Assembly (NCBI GenBank): GCA_951406725.2
Contig: OX597831.1
Coordinates: 78,244,001-78,308,000, forward strand
From: Octopus vulgaris
Taxonomy: Eukaryota
Reading direction: 5' to 3'
Length of the DNA stretch: 64,000 nt
Shown here: positions 39,571 to 53,192 of the stretch, piece by piece
Numbering within the stretch: the stretch's first letter is position 1
Layout of the letters: each line of letters begins with the position of its first letter
Made by a program: the position numbers and the translations under genes
Notes under the pieces: model-generated
Seen by the model: the letters and a program-made list of their open reading frames with translations, nothing else
What the model was told of the DNA's origin: nothing
Database searches by the model: none

Positions 39571-39664
<94 letters not shown>

Positions 39665-39769
39665 TGTATGTATGTATGTATGTATGTATGTGTATGTCTA
39701 TGTATAATTTATATATGTATATATATATATGTGTGTGTGTTTGAGTGTGTATTCATATATTCTTTTCGT

Positions 39770-39930
39770 TTCTACTCTAGGCACAAGTCCAGAAATTTGG
39801 GGGAGGGGGCCAGTCGATTAGATAGACCCCCCTACGCAACTGGTACTTAATTTATCGAAAGGATGAAAGGCAAAGTCGACCTCGGCGGAATTTGAACTCA
39901 GAACGATATACCACTAAGCATTTCGCCTGC
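39770..39930 (-). mobile_element. SINE family B fragment
   Basis: GAAAGGATGAAAGGCAAAGTCGACCTCGGCGGAATTTGAACTCAGAACG. Confidence 0.75.
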
Positions 39931-40381
39931 CTTTGTGTACTCATATATTGATACATATAGGCATTTATACACTCATGTTCATACGCATTCAGGCATATAT
40001 ACTTGCACAGAGACATGCATAATACATCAGAAACGCATACGTGCATACATGCATAAAAGCATGTATAGATGCAGACATGCGTACATGAATGTATACATTC
40101 ATGTATATACAAGTGGTGGAACACAATCAGTTTCGTTGTATTCAGAGCCATACATAATTGTATTCCAGTGATATTTATTATGACTTTCTGGGCGCAAACT
40201 CTGAAGGCCTAAGTTTATGCTTCGCTATGGAGGTCAGAATAGGGATGAAACATGTCAAAAATTATATCCCGTAAATGCTGGAAAAGTATAAATAATATGA
40301 GGCCAACGGCAAGAGTCTTGTTCACCGCGTACATGAGGCTTTATTTTCTGTCATCCGAGATTAGCGCGCATCACTAAACAA

Positions 40382-41041
40382 GGCACAGGCGTGGTTGTGT
40401 AGCTCCGAGTTCAGTCCCACTGCATGGTATCTCGTTCATCTATCTTCTACTATGGCCCCTGGCCAACAAAAGCCTTGTGCATGGGTTTGGTAGAGAGAAA
40501 CCGAAAGAAGCTCATCTGCGCTGTGATTGTTTCAGTTACATCACGTCTTGGTTAATTAGTCATACTTTTGCTGGTGACCTGAAGATCCCCTTGAGGAGTC
40601 ACCAGGTGAAGTGAATGAATTGTAAACAATGGCTCAGGTGTAGCTGTGTGGTAAGAATCTAGCTTCCCAACCACACCGCTCCGGGTTCAGTCCCACTGCA
40701 TAGCACCTTGGGCAAGTGTCTTCTACTATAGGCTCAGACTGACCAAGAGATTTATGAGTGAATTTGGAAAACGGAAACGGAAAGAAGCCCGTCGTATATA
40801 TATATATATATGTCTGCATCAATGTACTTGTATATCTGCTTGTCCCCCCACCATCACTTGACAACCGACGTTGGTATGTTTACGTCCCTGTAACAATAGC
40901 AGTTCGGCAAAAGAGACCGATTGAATAAATGCTAGGCTTACAAAGAATGTCTTGGGGTCGATTTGTTCGACTTCAGGCGGTGTTCCAGCAGGGCCATAGT
41001 CAAATGACTGAAACCAAAAAAAAAAAAAAGGAATTGGTGAA

Positions 41042-41099
<58 letters not shown>

Positions 41100-41446
41100 C
41101 ACGTGTGTTGTTGGTTATGTATACTTGGTAGGATTTTGTCTTTCTGTTTTCTCGCTGAACACATATGTCGGTTTTAATGGAAGAGTCCACTATAAATATG
41201 TGTGTGTACGTGTATGTCTGTGTCTATATTTTTCCACCCCACCACCACTTGACGACCGGAATTGTTATACTTACGTCGCTGTAATCTAGCGGTTCGGCAA
41301 AGTGCCCGATAGAATAAAAATCAAGCTTTAAAACAATTAAGTACTGGCGTCGATTCATTCGACTGAAAGTCATCAAGATGACGCCTCAGCATGGCCACTG
41401 TCTGATGACTAAAAGAAGTAAAAGATAAAAGTTAAAAGATAAAGAG
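40382..41446 (+). mobile_element. SINE family A cluster (40382-40512, 40632-41017, 41215-41446)
   Basis: Homology to 2166-2599. Confidence 0.7.
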
Positions 41447-41524
41447 ACACACTCTTGTTCAATTCATTAGTCCGTGATGTGTTTGTCTGATGGGTAACAA
41501 CCATGTCGAAACACCGGGTGGCTT

Positions 41525-41616
41525 AAGTCTCCCTTACTTATAATAACGAATCGATTGTCTCCCTTACTTATAATAACGAATCGAAGTCTCCCTTACTTAT
41601 AATAACGAATCGATTG
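41525..41616. repeat. ~29-30-bp minisatellite, three copies
   Basis: GTCTCCCTTACTTATAATAACGAATCGA occurs three times. Confidence 0.9.
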
Positions 41617-41794
41617 TGCTCGTCTGAAAGAAGTTGTTCTTCAATGAAGAAACGATTAGCATATTCATGTTCATATTCATATTGCTTGACAATTGATGTT
41701 CGTGTACTTACGTCCCCCGTATCTACGGAAATACTAGCAATGAATATCTGTGTGTATCGTAAAGATAATGTTACGTGGTTATTAATCGTCTCTA

Positions 41795-42645
41795 TTATAG
41801 GCACAATCGTGAAATTTCGAGGGAAGGACCAAGCCTATTTACATCGACCCCAGTGTTCAACTGGTACTTATTTTAACGATCTCGAAAGGATGAGAGATAA
41901 AGTCGACTTCGGCGGAATTCGAACTCAGAACATAAAGATTGATGAAATGCCGTTAGACATTCTTCCTGGCTTGCTAACGATTCTGGCAGCTGGCAGCCTT
42001 TACATTATTTACAGGGTTGGCCAAAAGTCACAAGACAGTAAATCAAACCCATTTAATTCCAAGATTTATTAACTGAATGAATTTAATAAAAGCATCTAAA
42101 TATGAAACATCATGAAAATTGTTCAAACTTAAGTCGTTCTTCAGCGACACATTTTCCCCGCAAAATAAATAAAATTGAATTTTAAGCATTTATGGAATTT
42201 TGATTTACTGTCGAGTGACTTATGGTCAACCCCGTATATTATAATAATCCTTTCTAATATTGGCTCAAGGCCTGAAATTTTTTGGGAGGCGGGCAGTCAA
42301 GTAGATCGACCCCAGTACGTAACTGGCACTTATTTAATCGACCCCGAAATGATGAAAGGCAAAGTCGACCTTGGTGGAATTTGAACTCAGAACGTAAAGA
42401 CAGACGAAATACCTACTTCTTTACTATCCACAACGAGCTAAACACAGAGAGGACAAACAAGGACACACAAACGGATTAAGTCGATTTTATCTACCCTAGT
42501 GCGTAACTGGTACTTAATTTATCGATCCCGAAAGGGTGAAAGGTAAAGTCGACCTCGGCAGAATTTGAATTTAGAACGTAAAGACAGACGAAATTCCGCT
42601 AAGCATTTCGTCCGGCGTGCTAACGTTTCTGCCAGCTCGCCGCCT
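41795..42645 (-). mobile_element. SINE family B copies (41795-42000, 42250-42645)
   Basis: Reverse complement of family B, flanking the MITE. Confidence 0.75.
42012..42234. mobile_element. Tc1/mariner MITE
   Basis: TA-CAGGGTTGGCCAAAAGTCACAAGACAGTAAATCAAA ... TTTGATTTACTGTCGAGTGACTTATGGTCAACCCCG-TA. Confidence 0.8.
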
Positions 42646-42911
42646 TTGGGTATTTTGATAATATCGGTACACATGTCCTGTGTATGACTTTAAACCGCTT
42701 CCGGTAGTTAGGCCCTGATTCTGGACTTCCAGAATTTTGTGGAGTGGAAAAATCACTTCTTAGCCGATCTCATATTTCTTCCGGTGTGCTAATGATTCCG
42801 CCAGCTCGCCGCCTTATTAAGTAATATGATTTTTGTACCGTTATTTTTCACCACATATTTCTTTCGAGTAAGTCTTTGTCATGCTCTATTTATCAAATAA
42901 ATCGGTACTAG

Positions 42912-43073
42912 GGGCAGGAGTAGCTGAGTGGTAAGTAGCTTGCTTACCAACCACATGGTTCCGGTTGCATTCCCACTGCGTGTCACCTTGGGCAAGTATC
43001 TTCTACTATTGCCTCGGGCCGAACAAAACCTCATGCTTGGATTTGGTAAAGAGAAACTGAAAGAAGCCCGTCG

Positions 43074-43116
<43 letters not shown>

Positions 43117-43305
43117 ATGTGTGTGTGTATGTGTGTGTGTATGTGTGTGTGTATGTGTCTATGTTTGTCCCACCACCACCATTGCTTGACAACTAATGTT
43201 CGTGTATTTATGTACCCGTTATCTAACGGTTCGACAAAAGAGAACCGATAGAATAAGTACCAAGCTTACAAAATATAAGTCCTGGGGCCGATTTGTTCGA
43301 CTGAA
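42912..43305 (+). mobile_element. SINE family A
   Basis: Homology to 2166-2599. Confidence 0.75.
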
Positions 43306-43924
43306 AGCAGGGTTGATAAATTAAGCACATGTTGCGTACAGGAGTCGATCTAATCGACTGGCCTCCGCTTCCCCAAAGTGTTGCTCCTTGTGCCTAGAGT
43401 AGAAGAGAATATTACAGTTGAATTAAAATTTGATTTTCGAGTTTCGTCTGCGAGAGGCTCGTTCCTTTAACATTTTATTCATTTTCTCCGTTCTTCAGAG
43501 TCAAAACATTTCACACCCCAATAATTATTGATAATCTACGAAGCTCAGATGACTCCTCACAATGGAAGATTGATCACACTTCTGGAACGATGCTGCAGCA
43601 CATATAGGGATTCGACCGATAACCTCATCTAGATAAGGGACACCGACTGACTCACATTCAGTCATTTAAAGATACGCTCTAACCCCGAACTCAAAGCGCA
43701 CTGATCCTCTCCCTTCCTCTCATAGCACTGCTATAACGGCCACTGTTTCCCGCCTTTCTCTCTTCCTCTGCCACTCTTTCTCTCTCTCTCACTTATAGTT
43801 TTCATGCAACCAGCCGGCCTATCCCTGTCTCCTCTTTGCTCTGTATTGACATCGAGTTCTTCCATACTTATACACCAGCAAGGTTATCAGATCTGAATCC
43901 TCTGTACACTGAAATCGACTTTTG

Positions 43925-44230
43925 TTTTTACGTTTATGCATTTGTTTTGCAAGACTTCTGATGCGAAAACCTTTTAAAACAGATATCGTTATATTTCGGG
44001 ACGGTCGTTTTTTTTTTTGCCAAAATTGTATATTCGTTCTTCACTTCAGCTTTATTATTGTTCTTATTTCTTGTCCTTCGTCTGGAAATCTTTCGTCACA
44101 TTCCCTGTGACTTCTTCAGTGACTTTTCATCCCACGTGTCCCTTGTTATGTTTAGTCCATTCTGGGACTACCCAGAGGTCACAGATGTGTGACGAAGAGT
44201 TCAGACAAACGACACTAAAATAAGAATAAT
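43925..44230. repeat. HHR-bearing dispersed repeat with partial inverted copy
   Basis: Minus strand 44080-44123 reads gtca-CTGAAGA-a-gtcaca-gggaa-tgtgac-GAAAGA-TTTC-cagac; inverted partial copy at 44175-44230. Confidence 0.65.
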
Positions 44231-45315
44231 ACACACACGTACATACATACATACATACAATACATACATACATAAATACATACATACATACATGCATACA
44301 TACATACATACATACATACATACATACATACATACATACATACATACATACACACATACATACATACATACATGTGTGTGGGTAGGTGTGAATGTGTGTG
44401 TGTGCGCTGAAGAATCAACATTACCAATGCTTACCATTATTTTAGTCCTTAAATCAAAATTCCATGGAAGTCCTCTATGATCTCCCATGTTTCCGGAGTC
44501 AATAAACTAAATCCCGCTAAAGTACTCCGGAAAATTAAGTCGCAAAACGTGTCATTGTTCTCATGAGAGAAATCAATATCAAGTTTTTATACATAACAAT
44601 ATATCTAAAGTGAAGATCGATTAAATAATTCGTTTATTTGATAAGAAGAAAATTGACAATCCCGAAAAATACCCATACTTTTCTTTTCTTACAAATGAAG
44701 TGGAACAAAGAGAATGGATTAAAATATAAATAATTCTAAATCACAGGCGCACTGTTCCTCTCCCTTCTTCTTGTACCACTTCTATAATGGTCAATGTCCC
44801 TCTCTCTCTCTAAATCTCCCCTCTCCCTAAATCTTTTTCTAAATTTCTCTCTCTCTCTATTTCTCTCTCTCCCTCTCTCCCTCTCTTTCTCTCTCTCAGC
44901 CACTTTTCATGCCACCTCAGCCCAGACATTACTGACCTATTCCTGTCTCCTCTTTTCGTCGCCATTGTTACGTGTTTTAGACACCACTGGTCACCATGTC
45001 CAGTCCTTCTTCCCTCTGAACATCAGGGTCCAAGAATTCCTTTAGACATCACTGTTCATTAAGTCCAGTCCATTTTCCCTCGGAACATCAAGGTCTAAGA
45101 ATTTCCTTCCTGTTCATATCTTTCTTGCGGGTGCTAAGAATTAGAAAGATTCAACAGAAACGAACATTAATTATTCCCTTCAATCTCAGCATCAGTCGAG
45201 AAGGTAGAAGACATTTTTACAGAGCCATCTTGGAGTCATTTATCGATGAATTATTTGACGTCAAAACATTCCAATGTTTTTCGCGTTCTCTCCCTTCCTC
45301 TCTTCCCCTCTCTCT

Positions 45316-45351
<36 letters not shown>

Positions 45352-46439
45352 CTGTCTATCTCTCTTTCTCTGCTCACATGTTTCAGTGTATTTCTCCTCA
45401 TGTCTATGAGAAGGAAAGTCTTTTATTCCAGATATGTTCAACTTATGAATTGTAATGTCTCCCTGTCTCCCTCTCTCCTTTTCCTCTCACTCCCCCTCTC
45501 CTCCTTTCATCTCACTCCCCCTCCTCTCTCTCTCTCTCCTTGTCTTCTTTTCCTCTCACTCCCCTCCTCTTTCTCTCCCTTTCTCCTTCTCCTCTCACTC
45601 CCCCTCTTCTTTCACTCCATCTCTCCTTTTCCTCTCACTCCCCCTCTTCTTTCACTCCATCTCTCCTTTTCCTCTAACTCCCCTCTTCTCTCTCTCCTCT
45701 CCCTTTCCTTACTTTCTCTTCCTCTCTCTCTCTCTCTCTCTCTCTCTGTTTATGCGAGTGAGTTTATTTCCTTTTATATGTATGAGGAAAAGGAAAGTGT
45801 TTATGTCAGACGTGTTCAGCCAATGAATTGTGTGTCATGTCTCTCTCCCCCGTTTCTCCCCACCCACGCCCCACTTTCTATGCCCCGTATGGGGGTAATT
45901 GTACTACAGCAGCAAATCGTTATATTCCGCGGTCGCAATCAAGGAACACTTGCAAAGGCCATGAGTTCTATCCCTCCTTCCAGGCGCATTAAGAAAAAAA
46001 AAAGAATTCTTATGCATTTTTCGTATATTTCCCTATATGATTTTTCGCCGACACCAGAGCCAACGCCACAACCATCACCATCATCATCACTACCACCACC
46101 AACAAAAACAACTCCATACCCACATTACCACACAACCACCCTTATTCTCCTCCAGACTTTGTATTTTAGCATGTTAATTAATAGTTGAGTGAAAGTATAT
46201 TCAGTGTAAACCGTATATTTATTCCTTCATTAGGTTTATAAATTAAATCTGCTTTCACCCACTTAACTATTGTTTATTGTTTATCAAACAGCATTACTAT
46301 CTTGCGTCTTTTAATTAGTTTTGGTTCACTGCCAGACGTCTGTTAGAAAGCATGTACATTACGATGCAACAACGCCAGAACTCGAGTCCACATCCTACGC
46401 AAACCTCTCTGAGCTTTGTGCCAACCAACGAAAAACTAT

Positions 46440-47030
46440 GCAGTCAACTCGTTTGCTAGAAATAGCAGTAGATTTATTCTCACACCACAATCTTATCCTT
46501 TTAAGTAGGTGTTCGATAATGTAGCTCGGGGTATATTCAAGAGCTAGTGACGAAAGGTCAAATTCTTCTTATATCGAAAACCGATCCTATAACGGCGTTA
46601 GATAACGTGGTCCAAGACTTGTTTAAAAGAGTAGGGATGCTAATGTCTGTATTTTACGTATATCTCTGATTGTCTAGTCAACAAGGAAGCTTTTATGTGG
46701 ACAATCAGATTTCTAGAAATAGAAGGCAAGTTTCTCTCACGTCACAGTCCTACTTCATAACATGGTGCCAGATAATGTAACTTGTAACATATTCCAAAGG
46801 GCAAGGTATCAGGGTGTAGAACCTACACACACCTCTGTCCTATCTTATGCATACCTCTAATCTTTGAACCAACTATAGAACTTCTATGCAGTCGGCCAAA
46901 TTGCTAGAAATAGCTGTAAAATTTCTCTCAACGGCTACACTCTTTTAGCAGTTGTTAGCTAGTGTAGCCCAGGAGATATCTAAAAAAAATGGGATAGTCA
47001 CAAAAGGAATGTCTTTGATTTGGAAAACGG
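46440..47030 (+). repeat. Three old copies of an unclassified dispersed repeat
   Basis: CTAGAAATAG(C/A)..AA.TT.CTCTCA motif at ~46455, 46713 and 46903; inverted relative at ~53840. Confidence 0.45.
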
Positions 47031-47178
47031 GTCTAAACATGCGCATATGCATGTGTATAGATATATAGATCAACAGATGCACAGATCAATATATAGAAAG
47101 ACAGACAGACAGACAGATAGACAGACAGACAGATAGATAGATAGATAGATAGATAGACAGACAGACAAGCAGACAGAC

Positions 47179-47250
<72 letters not shown>

Positions 47251-47352
47251 TGAGAGATAAGTATACACACATATACTTGTGTGTGCGCGCACGATTGTGA
47301 ATAGACTATTTTTCTTCTTTTCTCTAATATGCTTCCAACTTCTGTCAATCTT

Positions 47353-47390
47353 TCTTTCCGATGAAGTACTAATATCCGAAACGTTGAGAC
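47353..47390 (+). ncRNA. Decayed minimal HHR
   Basis: ttt-CCGATGA-agtactaatatcc-GAAAC-GTT^-gag. Confidence 0.4.
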
Positions 47391-47845
47391 ACTCCACACT
47401 CATTTTAATTTCTCAAGCATGGAACTAATACCACATTTGTCAAATATTTTTATGCTTCTTTGTTATTCTTCTTAATGTTTATTGATTTTACACTATGTAT
47501 TATTTGTGTGTGTGTATGTGTGAGTGTGTGTGTGTATGTGTCTGTGTGTGTATGTGAGTATGCAATAAGTAGTAAAGAGTACCTTACTGTATTTTCTAAA
47601 TCTGCCATAATGATACCCATTTCAAGTGTAATTATTAAATAATCTTATCGGCTTTATATAATGATACGTTAATATGAGAAGCATTCCCCTTGGCCCAACC
47701 TCAAATTATACTTCGAGGGTCACAAGATACCAAACAGATTTATTAGATTAATTTTCCCCTGTAAAAGCCTCACCTGGTGACAATTTCCCTTTTAGCCTCG
47801 CTATGTTCAGTTTTCTGCATAGAAAATCTCTCTGAATTACTGCTT

Positions 47846-47915
<70 letters not shown>

Positions 47916-48095
47916 TCTCCCTCTCTTTTTCTCTCTCTCTCATTTATACACACTTGCATACACATTAATAAAAAAACATACACGTAAAATATTACATGTA
48001 AATATGTATGCTTAGATATATAATATATATATATATTTATATATACATGCATACATACATACACACACATATATATCTATGGTATATCTATGGTA

Positions 48096-48142
<47 letters not shown>

Positions 48143-48156
48143 ATATATATATATAT

Positions 48157-48344
48157 ATAATATTAATTAGAGACAAAACCACTATTATGCAAATCAAACA
48201 AAGAAATACTTAATCCAATACATAAAAAATTTTATATAAATTAAATATAATTAAATATAATTTATATAAAATTTTTTATGTATTGGATTAAGTCTTTCTT
48301 TGTTTGATTTGCATAATAGTGGTTTTGTCTCTAATTAATATTAT
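48157..48344. repeat. Near-perfect AT-rich fold-back palindrome
   Basis: ATAATATTAATTAGAGACAAAACCACTATTATGC... versus ...GCATAATAGTGGTTTTGTCTCTAATTAATATTAT; the right arm continues into the TTTCCCTGTAA terminal module. Confidence 0.9.
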
Positions 48345-48447
48345 ATTATATTTTACTATAAAATTGGATTCAATCCTAAATCTGATTTTTCCCTGTAAAT
48401 TTGGATTTATTCCCTAATATTTATTATTATTATATATATATATATAT

Positions 48448-48642
48448 AAATAGGAAAGTGTTGTGCTAGAAAGAGCAGTAGAAATCTCAAGACCACAAAA
48501 AGGGATAAATTCACGAAAGGAATGAAAATTAATTAATTAATTAATTAATTAATTAATTTTCATTTTCATTCTTTTCGTGAATTTATCCCTTTTGTGGGCT
48601 TGAGATTTCTACTGCTCTTTCTAGCACAACGCTTTCCTATTT
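48448..48642. repeat. Near-perfect fold-back palindrome centred on (TTAA)n
   Basis: AATAGGAAAG.GTTGTGCTAGAAAGAGCAGTAGAAATCTCAAG... versus ...CTTGAGATTTCTACTGCTCTTTCTAGCACAAC.CTTTCCTATT. Confidence 0.9.
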
Positions 48643-48754
48643 GGAAGCCTCTTATTGTATTTCTATATAAATAATATATAGTCTAATGACTAATTCGTTT
48701 TTTTATGCTAGGCCAATGGTAATAGCAATTTATTATTACCCTATTTTATTATGT

Positions 48755-48807
<53 letters not shown>

Positions 48808-48811
<4 letters not shown>

Positions 48812-50168
48812 TAACGGGAAGCTTTATGAAAATAGACAAAAGACGAAGGCAGGTGGGAAACAAACAAACAATTGTATTAGTATGGCGCTCAGGAAATATA
48901 AATAAAACAAGTCTTTAACGTTTCGAGCCTACGCTCTTCAACAGAAAGATAAACAGAGAGAAAAAAACACAGAAAGAAGGAGAGAAAAAAAAGCGTGCAG
49001 TAGCTAACGAATCAACATGGCGATCTGATTTCGGCCAGAGGTCAAAGATCAAACATGAGACGCGAGAGCGAAATAAGGGGAGATAAAAGGGTTGATAATA
49101 GGGTTGAATGACCAGCTATTAGTGCGTATGAGAGGTCTGGACGTGTGTATGTATAGGGTTGGTGTATGTATTAGTATGTATTAGTATGTATAAGGGTGTG
49201 TGTGTGTGTGTGTGTGTGTATGAGAGAGTATTAGTGCGTATGAGAGGTCTGGACGTGCGTATGTATAGGGTTGGTGTATGTATTAGTATGTATTAGTATG
49301 TATTAGTACGTATTAGTATGTATAAGTGTGTGTGTGTGTGTGTATGAGAGAGTATAAGTGCGTATGAGAGGTCTGGACGTGTGTATGTATAGGGTTGGTG
49401 TATGTATTAGTATGTATTAGTATGTATTAGTACGTATTAGTATGTATTAGTTGGTGTATGTATTAGTATGGCACATCATATATGATGTGATGTGTAAAGA
49501 CGTGTGGTGTAGTGTGGAGAGAGAAGAAGAGGGGCAGGGGGAGAAGGAAGGGGAGGAGCAAGGAGGAAAGATGGAAAAGAGGGAGAGGGGCAGAGAGAAG
49601 GGGAGTGAGGGAGCAGAGGGAAGGGGAAGAGGGAAGGAGGGAGGGAGAAAGAGGGAAGAAGGGAAGGGGAGAAAGAGGGAAGAAGGGAAGGGGAGTAGGG
49701 GTGAAAGGATGAAGGACTGAAGAAGTAGGGGTCGGAGGGGGTATGTGAGGAGGGGGAGAGGGGGGTTAGATAAGGAGGGGGGAGAGTTGAGACCAAATGG
49801 CGTATAAGAGCGAAGAGAGAAGATTAATTCCTGTTCACGGCGCAAACGGGAATCCGGATGGCCTCTGTGTAAGGACAAACCGAACACAGATAGGTGTTGT
49901 AAGGAGTGACCGGTGGAGCGGAAATGGCGTGAGACCGGTGTGTAGTTCGCAAGGTGGATGTCACGAAGGTGTTCCGCGAACCGGTCAGCCAAGCGGCGTC
50001 CCGTTTGTCCAATGTACAAGGAATGGCAGAGAGAGCAAGAGACGCAATAGATAATATTGCTAGAGGTGCAGGTGAAGGAGTGGATGATGGGATAGGGTCG
50101 ATGGTGGGTGCTAGTGAGGAGGGTGGTGTTGGAGAGGTAAGGGCAAGTGCGGCAACGTGGGCGGGAAG
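48808..50168 (-). mobile_element. Neptune-type PLE 3' fragment (GIY-YIG + UTR + terminal repeat)
   Basis: RPRCRTCPY...NIIYCVSCSLCHSLYIGQTGRRLADRFAEH...PFGLN; paralogous to 15002-16520; ~120-bp internal tandem units at 49118-49470. Confidence 0.9.
48912..48949 (-). ncRNA. Minimal HHR in PLE terminal repeat (CUGUUGA variant)
   Basis: Minus strand: tcttt-CTGTTGA-a-gagc-gtag-gctc-GAAAC-GTT^-aaaga. Confidence 0.7.
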
Positions 50169-50251
50169 TATATATATATATAAATATATATATACAATAC
50201 ATGAATATATACATCTATATCTATTTATCTATGTCTCTGTCTCTGCCTCTA

Positions 50252-50282
<31 letters not shown>

Positions 50283-50450
50283 AAATATAGGTGCCTGTGT
50301 GTTTGTGTTTGCATGTGTGTGAGTGAGTGTGTGAGTGAGTGTGTTTGTGTGTGAGCATGAACACACGCACACGCATATATAAAGTCTTGTACGTATTCTG
50401 TCGGTTCCTTTGCCGACCACAGCTAAGTATCGGTGTCGTAAGGAAACCAA

Positions 50451-50502
<52 letters not shown>

Positions 50503-50503
<1 letters not shown>

Positions 50504-50665
50504 TGGTCTTCAGGTCTTTGGTCTACCCTTTGCTGCTCTATAAAAGTGAGACTTGGACATTGTCCGGGGCCCTTAGGAGCCACTTGAACTCCTATGGTAC
50601 CTGGACGCTTCGTAGGGTTTTCGTTTACTATTGGTCGAATTTCATATCCAATCAACAACTCTACT
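50503..50665 (+). mobile_element. RTE-like LINE internal fragment
   Basis: VFRSLVYPLLLYKSETWTL...TLRRVF..WSNFISNQQL resembles the post-RT LLYGxETW region. Confidence 0.6.
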
Positions 50666-50689
50666 CTACATATATAATTGAGAGTTATG

Positions 50690-50935
50690 TCAGATCTCGA
50701 ATTGGACGTCACTGCAGTGTTCCAAAAGCCTTAGCTGTCCCATCTAAGGTTAGAGGCATGTACTGCAATAACCTGGAATTTAAGGACCCACAGATACTTA
50801 ACGCTTTGTCAAAAGATCTGAGGGATCTCCACGGAGCAGGGGTACATGTTTTCAAGAAACAACATGACCTCTTGCTATCGAAGATACCAGATGAACCAGT
50901 ATCATCGCAGGAAACTAAAGAGAGGGCAGCAGAGG
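50690..50935 (+). mobile_element. CR1-group LINE 3' ORF fragment
   Basis: PQILNALSKDLRDL...VFKKQHDLLLSKIPDEP resembles CR1-group ORF2 C-termini. Confidence 0.55.
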
Positions 50936-51001
50936 TGATTACACTGGCGTTGCCCCAGCATGGCCACAACCTTAGGGCTGAAACGCATGAATAAAAGAAT
51001 G

Positions 51002-51059
<58 letters not shown>

Positions 51060-51080
51060 CATACACATATACATACATAT

Positions 51081-51115
<35 letters not shown>

Positions 51116-51118
<3 letters not shown>

Positions 51119-51494
51119 TTGCGTAAGAAATTAATTAGCACTTCTCAAATTTCTACATTAAATAGGTTAAATTAATTAACCTATGAGCTGTTCTAAAACG
51201 TCTTACGTGATGAGAAAACTTAGTATGGTGATTTCGGTCCTTGCGAGGCGCTACCTATATCTATTAAACAAAGGAAGATTTGTCTGCATCCGCACTCCAA
51301 GTTGTTGTTGCACTGCTATGTCAACATCATAAGGCTGTAGACTCTCAAACTGCTCTGCAAACAAAGTTACGTCATCGTTCTGCGCAACAGTGAACTCGCA
51401 ACAAAGCAATAGTTCGAGATATGGCCACTAGGTGACAGCACATACCTTGAGTGAAGAGCAAATCAAGGGTGCTAATTAATTTCTGACGGTAGTG
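51116..51494. mobile_element. Tc1-like MITE
   Basis: TA-CACTTGCGTAAGAAATTAATTAGCAC ... GTGCTAATTAATTTCTGACGGTAGTG-TA. Confidence 0.8.
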
Positions 51495-51600
51495 TATATA
51501 TGTATATATGTACATATCTAATATTGTATGTATATATTTTATTAATTTGCCTGTACGGCTGATAATTCGCTTACCACTCGTGACGGCATTTTAATATCAT

Positions 51601-51683
<83 letters not shown>

Positions 51684-51729
51684 TAAATAAATAAATGGAG
51701 TTTAACGCAGGTGTAAATCAAATATCTTT

Positions 51730-51815
51730 ACTTTCGACACATGTTTCGAAAATTCCACTGATACTATTCAAAAGAATAAATGGTATAAACAATGCAATCT
51801 TCTCTTCAGGAAAGT
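51730..51815 (-). ncRNA. Type I hammerhead ribozyme, canonical core, extended stem II
   Basis: Minus strand: actttc-CTGAAGA-gaagatt...aattttc-GAAAC-atgt-GTC^-gaaagt; module 51690-52200 is related to 27710-28047. Confidence 0.88.
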
Positions 51816-52748
51816 GAAAAAAACGAAACTCGTCAATAAGACATTTTAGCAAAAAATGATGGATTTGTATAGCGTTTGACTGAACGCTATTAATATTGTT
51901 TAGAAAAACGTTATATGATATAACGTCATAAGTAGATAACAGAAAGAGTAGGGATACCAATAGTGAATGTTAAATATAAAGGAAATTAAAGTTTAAATTA
52001 TATATAATGATAGAGACTACTTATATGCACTAAAGGTGTGTTTTTGCCAATGTTTACATCTGTATGCCCGTAAACACGAAGTTTCTACCTTTATAAACAA
52101 GGAGTTACAACCTCTTTGTGAGAATTTTGCTACCCTGGTAACTATTTATTTATTTTTTCCTTGTTAATTGTTTACAAGGTAAAAATACACTCATCTATTT
52201 ATATATATATATTTGTATATATTCATACATTTATAAATACGTGTATATGTACGTATATGTCTATATATCCACATATACACACAAGCAAACACTTTCACAC
52301 TGACACACCACCTTAAGCAACCATGTGTCTTAGATGAAATAGAAAATAAGAAAGAACGGAGACCGACAATCCCAAAGACAACACCTGTCAGTAAGAGTTA
52401 CCTGAGTATACCTGTGGCACCAGTATTACACAAAAATATATTTCTTGGCAGACGTCATCTTAACAACCGCACACATCCACCCACTTGTTTTTATTTAGCG
52501 GTCATTGTCACTGATAATCCTTCCTGTAGTAAAACACCTGTGATAAAACAGGTGTAATACATTTAGGCTTGTCTAGACTATCGGATTCAGTTTTATGACA
52601 ATGTATTACATATATGGATATTAATTAACAAACAGTGAAACGTGATTAAATGGGCGCGTGGGTGTAGATTTTTCTGTACCTTCAGAGGGTCGTTATGCCA
52701 ATAATGAACACACGCACTGGTTCTACTTCACTTCTTTAATTCACTACC

Positions 52749-52782
<34 letters not shown>

Positions 52783-52952
52783 TCATCATCATTGTCGTCG
52801 TCGTCGTCATCATCATTACCACTAAAATGAAATAGTTGCCTCCATGTGCACGAGAAAGTTGCATACATAGTATGAAACTCTGTTATTGGACATACCTCAT
52901 GTTAGTTTTATCAGCCACACTCAGCGTATGCATGTTGGTAGAGGGTATTGGT

Positions 52953-53192
52953 CAAGGCGGCGAGCACGCAGAACCGTTAGCTCGCCGGACGGAATGCTTA
53001 GCGGTATTTCGTCTGCCATTACGTTCTGAGTTCAAATTCCGCCGAGGTCGACTTTGCCTTTCATCCTTTCGGGGGCCGATAAATGAAGTACCAGTTGCGC
53101 ACTGGGGTCGATGTAATCAACTTAATCCGTGTGTCTGTCCTTGTTTATCCCCTTTGTGTTTAGCCCCTTGTGGGTAGCAAAGAAATAGGTAT
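52953..53192 (+). mobile_element. SINE family B, well preserved
   Basis: AAGGCGGCGAGC..GCAGAACCGTTAGC...GTTCAAATTCC head, conserved core and AAAGAAATAGGTATT tail; older copy at 53450-53660. Confidence 0.85.

Noticed and set aside
41525-41616. CRISPR-like ~29-bp repeats
   Set aside because: Contiguous tandem copies without spacers, in eukaryotic DNA
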